Source: Massalongia carnosa (Eukaryota). From it: 64,000 bases of DNA. The position numbers were made by a program, and so were the translations under genes. Within the stretch, counting starts at the first letter, position 1. Each line of letters starts with the position of its first letter. The DNA lies in assembly GCA_965645245.1 (NCBI GenBank), contig OZ287087.1:868001-932000 (forward strand), read 5' to 3'. Shown here piece after piece: positions 33,843 through 44,573 of the stretch. The notes under the pieces were generated by a model. It worked only from the letters and a program-made list of their open reading frames with translations, was not told the DNA's origin and searched no databases.

Positions 33843-34309
33843 GGTTTATGCATTTGATATAGGCCGATATAGAGGCCTTCAAGTAGTATAAAGAGGCGTT
33901 AATTTATCATATAATTTAGCTATTTAGTCGTTCAGAATTCAGTTTAGCAGATAACTAAATTTAAAGTATCTTCGATGAAAATATGAAGTACCTGTATCAC
34001 GTTTGCCAAGTACTACTCTTTGCCTATCCTTGATAGCCCTAGATCCTCTTCTCTTGTATCCCGCTGCAGTATACCTGATTGGTTTTTATTCATCACTTTA
34101 GATCAATACACATTTTTTCAAACAAATATTACTCTTTAGTTAGGCCAATTGAAGATTATCTCCTCCGCATGCAACAAAATAGTTGACAAACTTCGAGGCA
34201 AGGCAGGTCGCAAACCACTTCAAAAGCCCACCCCGGGAGAGCTGAAACATATCTGGGCTAAAAGCCTACTGATCGACTCAAAAATAGTTCAACCACTAAA
34301 GACACACCC

Positions 34310-34793
34310 TGAAACGGGGAGACCTTCTCCCAGCAGGCATTCACTACTGGAAGATGGGATCCACAGGGGCTACATAACGTAATAGTCACAATAGAGATAC
34401 AAATAGGTTGGGTCGGGTCAAAGGGTAGACTAAATGCTACCCTTTTAAAGTGCTTGATCATTGATCTATATAGGATAGAACAATCCATAACCTAAGCTCT
34501 TCTTCCATACCTTGCCCATACTACCTGGTATTTTCGGACTCCGAAATACTTCGGACACCGAAAGACACGGGTAGATAAGACTAGGCAGGTGAGCTAGGGG
34601 AGGTGAGGCGAGGCGAGGGGATACTTCGTGTACTACGAAAACACCTCCATAATAAGTTAAGTCCCCACACTATGCCTAACTGGGTTTGGCGGGACCTTAT
34701 TGTCTTGGTGGTTGTTTTGGCTGTACGTATCCCATATAGCCACATAGGCCAGTCTTACGTTCAACGAACGCATACTAGGCCTACCCTATTACA
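34310..34793 (-). repeat. Probable solo LTR (484 bp)
   Basis: Reads TGTAAT...TTTCA on the minus strand; TSD CACCC/CACCT; interrupts the LINE remnant. Confidence 0.6.
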
Positions 34794-35225
34794 CACCTAC
34801 TATTATTCGAAGTCTACACGGCGTGGCACCGCGAAGCTACCGTTGCGGCGACGGCCCGACACAAGCAGATGCAAACAATCAAAGCACGACATATGACGGT
34901 CTAGAACGACTCGTGGTGCGCATATCAAAATCGTGTTATCGAACCCTCCATAGTACAATTAGTCCTACTGAGCCAAAAAATAGCTGAAAATACACGCGTA
35001 GCTAAAAAAGGCAGAAAGCGCTCTAACAACACATATCCGCACTGGCAAGATCGGGTTAGCTGACTTCCTCTACAAGCGGCGGGTGCCCTCCGTCACCTTA
35101 CCGGCACATGTGGCTGGTATACAATCAACAATAGTTGAACCTTTCTTCTTTTCTTCTCTTTTCACAAGGCATTGCTGTTCCCACACGTCTTTTGCACTGC
35201 GTCTCCCACCCGACGTCAACCGGTA

Positions 35226-37406
35226 ATCGTGCTAAAATATTAAACCCTGTTATGATCTACCTAGAGACAAGTCATAGGGACACTAGAAACGAATAAAATA
35301 AAGATGAAGAAGGAAAAAGACTATCGACAACCAGAACCTGCTCCTATATATGCTCTACTGCGCTAGTACCCATATGGTATAGTCGTCATGGAATCTTCTA
35401 GTAGCTGCGGGAACGAAATCGAAAGTGCCTGCATGTTCCATCTAATATTACCCTAGGCGGTGCCGAGTGCCGAGGTCGTGCCGTGTAGAATCGTGACAAA
35501 CCCCAACCGAGTCAGGGTCTAGAGCCCGACGGTCTACTGACGCATACAGTCTGCTGATGCACTTTTCCCATTTTCACTACCATTTTCACTACGTCGTTCC
35601 TTTACCACCACAATACCTAACTCATATTCTAATAAGGAGGATCAAATTGTCGATCCTATAAACGAGTGGAATACGGGTGAATTTCGAAGTATACGCGCAG
35701 TAGCTATTGAATTCGATGTCGACATTCGTACGCTTCAAAGACGACTTGCTGGAGGGGGTTCGCGCATCGGTCGATCTGGCCCCAACAAGGCCTTATCTGA
35801 TGAACAAGAATTGGCCCTTTGTGAATATATTGTGATGCACGATCAAGCCGAACAATCAGTTTTCAATTGTTCGGGGGGCTGCCAATTATCTACTTCGAGA
35901 AGCTCATTTAGACGCCTCCGTCCCCCCCCCTCATGTCAGCGAAGCCTGAACCAAACGTTTCCTCAATCGTCATCCTTAATTTTTCAACCGAAAACAAAAA
36001 CCTCTGGACGCTGAGCGAAAACACGCGCACAATGCAAAGGACATGCTCGAGTATTTTGAAGCATGTCGAACTGCGCGAAAGACGCGGGGAATAGCGGACG
36101 AGGACGTTTGGAACATGGATAAAACGGGCTTCCGAATTGGCTGTGGCAGGGCTCATTGGGTTATATCAACTTACTCCAGAAAGCCCTTGCTATTGAAAGA
36201 TCTAGATAGTAGAGAATATGTCACCTCATGTGAGTTTGTTAGTGCTGGGGGGCGAAATATTCCCCCTACGGTGATTATCGCGGGGGTTTTGATTCTCCAA
36301 AAGTAGACACAACAAAACGATCTGAATAACGATGTTTGTTGACTACTAGTCCTGCCGGCTATTCCAGTGACGATTTGGCTATTGATTTGTTGAAATATTT
36401 CGATAAACATAGTCGAAAGGGTCAGGTAGGGGCCTGGCGTATATTGATCATAGACGGGTATGGATCTCATATGACGTATAAGTTTTTTACATATACCAAA
36501 CGAAATCAGATTGAATTGTTTCGTTTGCCTCCTCATACAACACATCTCACTCAGCCATTGGATATAGGATGTTTTCAGCCGTTCAAATATTATCATTCCG
36601 AAGACATTGACGAAATGGTGCACTCGGAGGGGCAGATTTCGACAAACTAGATTTTTTCTTCATTTTTCAGCGCATGCGAAATCAAACATTCACCTCATCT
36701 ACCATATTATCGTCATTCAGAAACACGGGTCTGGTGCCTTATAACCCCAATATGGTAATTCGAAAGTTGGAGGCAATTCAAACTCGGAGACCTGCTACCC
36801 CGCCCCCACCTTTGTCAGCACTGCTCGCCAGAACACCCCGTACGACTAAAGAGGTAGTTGAATATGGCTTACACCTTCGAATGAGTTTGAAGAAATACAA
36901 CGTGCTAGATAATAAAGGGGATTGTAATATGAATCGATTTGTGAAGGGCTCTATTTCCAATGCGCATACACGTTAGATTATCGAGCGGAACCTTTGAGCC
37001 AGTCAACAACAGTCCATCTCGAAGGCAGCTCGTAGAAAATTGTATGGAAAGGTCGCCCAGAAGGGAGGGGTTATAAATGTAGGAGATGTACGGGCTATAA
37101 CCTCGAAACGTTGTCAGAACGAGGTGGAAAAGACCAGACTAGCTTATGAACGTGGGATACTAGCTGCTGAAAAGAAGCAGATTGCCCTAGACAAAAGGTA
37201 TAAAAGAATCGCCAGATCGATACCCAGACAAGCGAAGCTATTTTACCAGCGTCATAATCAATCAGTTTTTCCATAACCGTTGTTGTCCTCGATTTGTAGC
37301 AGAAATAGTAGTGAAAATAGGAAAAGTGCGTCAGTAGACTATATGCGTCAGTAGACCGTGGGGCACTAGACCCTGACTCGGTTGGGGTTTAGTGTTTTGG
37401 CACGAT
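35226..37406 (+). mobile_element. Full-length pogo/Fot1-like DNA transposon with pseudogenised DDE transposase (about 35612-37276)
   Basis: TA TSD, long TIRs ATCGTGCCAAAACACTAAACCCC..., motifs WNMDKTGF, ILIIDGYGSH, TQPLDIGCF; frameshifts and stops. Confidence 0.92.
35248..35498. repeat. 251-bp solo LTR inserted in the left TIR of the pogo element
   Basis: TGTTATGAT...ATCGTGACA, perfect TSD AACCC. Confidence 0.88.
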
Positions 37407-37573
37407 TAGTTATATAAAACCACGCCCGCATGGGCCGGCCTTCGGCCGGTAACATGTCGGTGTAAGAATTTATCATCATCATTATCATCGTCTTGTTTCG
37501 ATAAATTGAATAATTCGACAGATTTAATTTAATCCTTTACGCGACGTAAAGACAAAATTATTTATAATACGAA

Positions 37574-37644
37574 ATAATCGTCGGCCTCGCTTAGCTGCCT
37601 CCATACGAGTCGTATGAAGGCAGCTAAGCGAGGCCGATGATTAT
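37574..37644. repeat. 71-bp near-perfect palindrome (foldback core)
   Basis: 35-bp arms around G37609 with 2 mismatches. Confidence 0.9.
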
Positions 37645-37857
37645 ATTATATATAATATTTTTTTCTCGATTTCGCTGTTAAATTTGTCTTTGTATTATAT
37701 TCTCTTTTTTAAACTTCAAGCGATAAAGTCGTGAAAGAGAGTTTCACGTTATCTCGTGATTCATGCCTGCTGAACAGCATGTGCATATACGATTTCTGGA
37801 GGTGCACGAATCGGTTCAACTCTACTAGGCGAGGAGTAGAATCTTGTCAAGTCAGGT

Positions 37858-38009
37858 TACGCCGCGCAATTGGTCGGGTTTCTCTACTTAAAACCCAAAC
37901 CGTTGATGGCAAATCTTATGGTTTTTGATGTGCGGGTTAATTTTTGAGTCAAAAACCCGGTGACAAAAAAGCAAATTTCGCTCGAAAACCCAACCTGTTG
38001 CGCGGCGTA
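37858..38009. mobile_element. hAT-type MITE, short form (152 bp)
   Basis: TIR TACGCCGCGCAA, perfect TSD AGTCAGGT. Confidence 0.9.
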
Positions 38010-38011
38010 AG

Positions 38012-39921
38012 TCAGGTGTCTTGCCTCACTTGTTCATTAGGTTCATCATCATCATTCTTTCTCAACCTTCTCCTTACAAACATATGTTCCATTTGTAGCC
38101 GTACCTCCTCGCGCCAGCAAAATATGCACCATAGAAGAAGCACAACTCCGGTGAGCGGGAATGTTATGACAGCCCAAAACCACCACATGTCCGACACGTG
38201 GATCGATTTATGCTGAGCAACAGCAGAATACAATCCGGCTCCCAGGATGGACTTAAAAGGCGCAGTGTCAGACTTGGACTGCCCAGACCTGATGAAAGGA
38301 GGTACCTACAGAGGTAAACGTCCCAGGTAAAAACACCATGGTCAGTAAGGCGATCCCATTCATCGAAGAGCTATCCTTCTTCATACTCTTTGTAAGTTCA
38401 ATGTTGTTAGCGGCATCCTGCTGCGTGACCAGGTTAAAAACCAAACTCATTGCGATATCTTTCCGATCCCTGTAGTTATAAAGCCACATCTTCTGCTTAT
38501 CCATCGATGAGTATAGATACTGTAGTGTATCCGCAAGCTGCTGACGATGGGTGAAAGGGATGCTCCGAGTACAACAGAATATATTCAGACGAGTGAGCGC
38601 TTCTTGCATCTTCGCCAGGTTACGTGATGCGACGTCGATGTCGCTGATGAGTTTGTTAACGTCCTTGGAGATGATCTGAAGCTCGATGGTTACATCAGCG
38701 AGACCTTTACGGTTTGCAGTCTTTTGAGCGGATAGCACGTCCACCGCGCGTAGCTACAATAATGTTATCAGCCATTGAATGTGAACTCAAGGCAGAGTGT
38801 GTATACCTGAGCGAACATGGACTGGCGGAAATAATTGATGAATCCTTGAGAAGACTCGCAGGAGAGCTTGGAAAGAAGGAGATGTGCTTCTAGCGGATGT
38901 TGAAAAAGAGCTTTGTTGAAAGGATTTCCTTTCCCATCGTGTGAGACCATATTCAGGAGATTTTTGAAGCTCTTGATACATTCTTCGGACGCGGAAGAAG
39001 AAATAATATAATAGGTCAGGTTCTTCAGAACGTCGTATCTCATGTAAATGGAGACTGGAGATCTCTGCTTGAATCCTGGACCGTGTATATCGAATCGGGG
39101 ATATTGGCAAAAGAAGTCTCGAAAGGTAAGCAAGCAAACTCCAAGACATCAGGAAAAGAGGCTTACCAACAGCGCCGGATTCGTCTCCATTGGTGGAAGA
39201 GCTATAGAGCTCTGGAGACCAATAATTAGGTCTTCCAAGTAGATCTGGAATGAAATGTGCATTCAAATTCCATTGGGATATCAGAGCCTCGATGGCTGAT
39301 TTGCTGAACGAAGATCTCGCTTTGTAGGTTGCATTCTGCGCAAATTCCAGGGCAGTAAAGCTTTATTCCGTCAGCAAGCAGTCTACTACACCATAAAGCA
39401 AAGCTCACAACAGAAGGACTCGATGTTTCCGTCCGCTATCACAATCTGCTGCTGATGACTGACATGGTTGGCTTGATGGTCGGATTGGCTTGGAGAGCTG
39501 ACGGATGACATACAGAGAGACACTCATTGAATCCTGTCTCGTCGAGACACTGCCGCTCTTATTTACAAGTTAGTTTGCTCATGACCTTAGAAACTAAGAC
39601 TGGAATCCTGGAACATTTTCCATACGTACTTATTGAACACCTATCACTCTCATAGTACTCGACATCCGTGGTTGGTGCAAAATTCGAGTCGTTGTTGAGC
39701 AGCTCGCTACACTTCACAGCATTTGCTAGGCTCAACAACGAAGAGTAGGATAAGGTTTGCAGACTGTTGGAGTGGATTTTGATGGCGGAGTCATACCCGG
39801 AGTCGTTCTGCACAAGTGGGTACGGTTGGGGACGCTGTCGGTTGCGATATATGTCATTTTGCCTGTCTATAGATCCAGACGTGTAACCGGTCATCGACGT
39901 ATCGATAGGTGAAGCGGCCAT
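38012..39921 (-). CDS. Multi-exon gene, fungal CorA-like protein with two C-terminal TM segments
   Basis: DSSSMNGIALLTMVFLPGTFTS and MWWFWAVITFPLT; exon boundaries not fully resolved. Confidence 0.75.
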
Positions 39922-40836
39922 CTACTCAATGGAAACAACGGAGGCTGTGAGCTTGATTTTAGGAAAGCACCGTTGGTTTAAAGCGAATACTTTGAGAGTA
40001 TTCATAAGGATAAAAGAAGCAGAACTAAGGCTGAACTAAGGGTGTCTGATGCCCTCCCAAAGCAACGAACCAGCCATAACTTTTCTGGATCCATTAGCAA
40101 TCAATGGCCTGTTAGACCGCATATGGGAGAACAAGAGGGGAGGATTGAATGCGAAGCCGATAGGTGGAGAACAAGCATTGACTCACACGATATCTTGGCT
40201 GTTCGGAGTGCACCTGCATAAGCGCGTACAGAGCACAAGCTGTTGCATCGGGGCTAAACATAATTTCCGAATTAGCTGCCATGATCCCTAATCTTAACTA
40301 CCAAAATGATTGTCATTATTAAGCGATTAACGAATGGATTTAAATAAGGACTCAATGAATCGATGATGCTATATTGTTTAAACAGTGCCATAATGATTTA
40401 ATTGAGTCTCTCCAGTGGATAAGACGTAAAGCAAAGAGGGTGGCATAGATGAGGCTGAACAACGTGGTAAGTTAAACGGAAAAACAAGTACTCGTACCTA
40501 GACTCGTGTTCACCATTTTTGCAACAGCGCTAAACGCGGCCGCTAAATTAGCTTCATGACTTGATAATCACATAATCAAATATCAGTCGCGACAATGACT
40601 ATGACGACGAAGAAAAAATTTTATTGCCAAGACAGTATCTAGTGAAATTGATAACTATCCGAATTGATGATCCTGAAAGTTTGGGACAGTTATACAGAGA
40701 TTGGCTTTTTTGCTAATATTTATATTTTTAGCGCTGGTGCAAAAGAGGGAGAACACGAAACACTAGTAGTCGGTTGCCGGGTGGTTGTTAACTTCCGGGT
40801 TTACTGTGGCTCGAATAAATGCCCCCTCGTCTTGCA

Positions 40837-41771
40837 ATGTCGGAGCAGCAGCAGCCGCAGCAGCAGCGAATCAACCACAAGGACGTCCTCGCCAGATTCG
40901 ATGACGCTGTCGCCGACTCCCACATTTCGTGGGTACCAACATCTCCCATCCTCCAATCAGACAATAGCTTTCAGGCACGCTCCCTTGCAATCTACCTTTC
41001 TTCTAGACGCTACACGTTACTGATGACTCAACTCCTCAGCTACAATTCCGCATCTGCCCCCAATTGCTTCACAAACCGCATCTTCCAGAGTTCAAGCTGA
41101 AAGACCAAACCACATCAGATATCTCCAATCCCCCTTCATTACGCATTGCCTTCATTCCTCCGTTCCATATTCTAACCTTGAACGCCTATCCTGTCCTCCG
41201 CCCTTCATTTCTCCTCCTTACTACATCTCCGGATCAGAAGCAATTCTTACCTCTCGACCTCTCAGATATTCACGCCGCCTGGACAACAATTAATCGGCTT
41301 GAGAGCGGTAGCGATGGGGAGGGGTATATGATGATCTATAATTGCGGCAGCAAAGCCGGTTGCAGTCGCTCGCACAAGCACATGCAACTATTTCCTCGCC
41401 CACTCGATTTCGTACTTTTCCCGGATCGTTTGCCGAATGAGAACGTGAAGGTGCCCTACGAATATGATATTATCCGCCGCAGCCCGTCATCCTCAATCGC
41501 GGATACCACGGCTCACATATTCAGCACCTACCTTTCCTGTCTTCAACGCGCCAGGGCAATCCGCGGGCTCCGAGAAGGTGAGCATGTTCCGCACAATGTT
41601 GTGATGGTTCGAGATTGGTTTTTGGTGATCCCGCGGAGGACAGCTTGCGTTGGCAGTATGAGCGCGAATGCGGCGGGTATGATGGGGCTGGTATGGGTCG
41701 GGTCGAGAGAGGAATTAGAAGATTGGAGGAGAGCGGGGGAATGTAGTGTTTTGAAAGAGATGGGAGTTTAG
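40837..41771 (+). CDS. APA2: ATP adenylyltransferase / Ap4A phosphorylase (Apa1/Apa2 family); exons 40837-40974 and 41040-41771
   Basis: QFRICPQLLHKP, YNCGSKAGCSRSHKHMQ, PHNVVM..W.LVIPRR, NAAGMMGLVWV. Symbol is family-level only. Confidence 0.85.
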
Positions 41772-42087
41772 TTGATGCGTCTTAGACGAGCAATGGACGA
41801 ATGAACCCGCAGTTATTGATTTCAAGCCCATGAATCAAGGATTGAATCCTCGCTTCGCAAGCGACCTACTTTTGAAATGAATGCAGAAGTCAGACTAGCG
41901 GAAATTCACATTCATCTACATTCCTATCTTGATAATGTCTTCGGTAAACATACATTGTGACTAAAACATCTCTGAATAATCAAGATCTTTAGATCATTTC
42001 AAGATCATGTCAAAATACCCTCAACCGCCCTGAAGGTAATTATGTCGGGAAATTCTTTAGAGAACATCAATAGGAGACAACAAAAAG

Positions 42088-44157
42088 ATGCTTCGACATG
42101 TTATTGATGCAGCAGCTGATGCCTGTGTATTATGTCGGAGCTCTCTAATTCCAGGAGACATTGTTCGTGCCGGTATGATGGTTTATCAATCTGGCTCCCT
42201 TTCTCTGATATTTCATCGTGGTTGGTTACAGCATCGATAAATATTTAGGATATACTGAAGAGTTCCTTTTTGCTTCCCAGGTCGAGGTATTTATTCATTC
42301 GGAAACAATTCCTCTTCCCCCACTACTTGTACGACTTAGAGCCTGCCCTTTGAGACTTTGCACACATAGGCAACACATCAAGCTTGCATTGTTATTCCAC
42401 CAGGACTGCTACAAGCTACTTTCGACTTATTCGGATATTGAGTCAAACCTTGTCTCCTTACCTAACATATGGAGATTAGGGAAATCTACTTTGTGGATTT
42501 CAGTGCCGGATATAACAGTACAGTTCAAGCAGCGCCGGATTATAGTTATTCTGTCAGCCTTTTCGGCCGGAATAGTGCTTAGACCTCTCGCAACTTCCAA
42601 TTCGATCACTGGCTCAGAAAAGCCTTTGTCCGCCTTATACCGAACCGTGCATACTTTGCCGCAAGAGTTACTTCGAATGATCTTGGAGATTGCTTGGCCG
42701 TCTCCATTCTTCTCTCCAGCAGTAGTTCTTCATGAGTGTCGCCATTTAAAGAGCCTCAAAATTGATTTTACTTCCTCCATCAGCTTGCATTCATCAACAC
42801 CGGTTTTTTTGCGCTACATAACCTACGGAGCCGTTGAATATATCGCCAATGTTAGTAATAGACGGCAATCGACTTCTGATGAAGAGATCCACCGAGCTGG
42901 CGATACGTATGAGTTGAAACTAAAGATGGACAGTACAGGCATTCGCTCTGTCTATTTCCTTGGTCGTGATGAAGAATATAAGGCTTCCTGGCCTAACGTC
43001 AATGATTATTTAACTTACATGAGTCTGCAGTCGCCTGATACTGGCCCGATTAAATGCATTGCTGTTGTCAAAGATGTAAGATTGGGGATTCTCTTGTCCT
43101 GTATATCATGTACTCAACTGAAAATAGTGTCTGTTTCTTCGACGCATTATAACGAATGAGCATATTTCAACAGCAGCTTTCGACAAATCTTTTGAGTGGA
43201 ATACTCCCTATGTTCCAGATATTGAACCGAAGCATTGCTTTTACGCTTTATATTCAGATAATATCCCCGATAGATATTGCCGGGTTCCGTTGAATGAAGA
43301 CTTGAAAGGTCTCGTTGTTTGTTATGGTGCTAATGGCCCACTTTCTTTGCAACCTTGGCGCGGAGAGAAGGACATGGAATGGTTAGACAGATCCTGGTCT
43401 TCACCATGCGAAAGGACACTCTGGATGTTTTTTCCCCTAAGCCCTGGAGAATTCATTGCAAATATAGTGGTTCGACACTGGTCCCGCGTTGAACCCTTAA
43501 GTCTAGTTGTAGTCCTCTGCATGATTGAAGGTTTGGTTATACTGACATGTTCAGGTCAAATCAACATATGGTAGATTTCTTATGATAGGCCCACATCCAC
43601 ATGAGTCTGATGCTCAACGGTTGAACCTTGTCGATCTTAACGAAAACAATCAGGAGATCGTTTCCGGCATATTTTTCAACATGCCGCAAATTAATCATCG
43701 GGCTATTTCATACATTGGGGTTACTTGCAAACCATTCAAGGGCATTATACGGAGTTGTGCGCCATCATTTCGCTATAATGTTCCGCAAAGCTTAAGACAG
43801 TTTGGATGGTTCCTCTCACATGCTGCTTTGGTGGACGTTTCATTCGTGCGACTTTGCAGAGATGATAGAAAACGTGATGGGCCTTGCATAGGCATGCTGC
43901 TTAATTACCGAGATGGATCTCGGGAAGCTCTTGGTCAATGGCGATGGAGTGCAAGCATTGAGACCATCATTCTGGACGATAAGCAAAAGATCATGTATTA
44001 CAAATTAGAACATGACTCAATTATGGCGATCGAGTTCAGCCGTGAACCCACAACTACAGGAGTTTATGATGATACATGGAACCGGGGTAAATTACTTGGC
44101 GAGCTTGTGTGGTGGTTTAATGAGGACTCGAACAGTATGTTGGAGTTTCGAAACTAA
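42088..44157 (+). CDS. Multi-exon fungal hypothetical protein with F-box-like motif
   Basis: N-terminal CxxC, LFHQDCY, LPQELLRMI, CIGMLLNYRDGSREALGQWR; GT-AG introns near 42172, 43075 and 43510. Confidence 0.65.
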
Positions 44158-44573
44158 CTCAAATTGTCATGAGAGCTACACTGTGTCTACTTGAAATTAC
44201 GAGAGCGCGGAGACCCGGCTCTTTCACCTAAGCCGTATACCTCGATTGTCGTTGTTCGTAGTCCGCTTGCTCTCATAACCCCAATCACCAGCCTCGTTCA
44301 TATTCCAGTTATAGCAAAGACCTCTAGCAACATGTAACTCGTCGCTTGGATAGACGACGATAGCTGATTCATTAATAGTAAAAAAAACAACAAGCCGCAT
44401 GTAGCAAGATTTTGACTGCTGAATGAGCTTAAGATATCGTGTGTGTTGGCAACGTGGACGATCGATCGGTTCGATAACCTTGGATATTGCAGCCCTCTAA
44501 GTTGAAAGTGTTTTGATGTCTTCAAGTGCTTTTCGAAGTATAGTCGCTCCTGCCGAATGTGCTTCAATGTACT

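Larger units (their letters stand above)
34145..37489 (+). mobile_element. 5'-truncated Tad1-like LINE remnant split by a solo LTR and a pogo element
   Basis: ACNKIVDKLRGKAGRK..TPGELK (34149-34309), RTGKIGLADFLYKRRVP (about 35038-35090), 3' hairpin 37434-37450 and ATC tail to about 37489. Confidence 0.8.

Noticed and set aside
12815..44157. Starship or other giant-element cargo (NLR, kinase, CorA-like genes)
   Set aside because: No tyrosine-recombinase captain or element boundaries are visible in this window.
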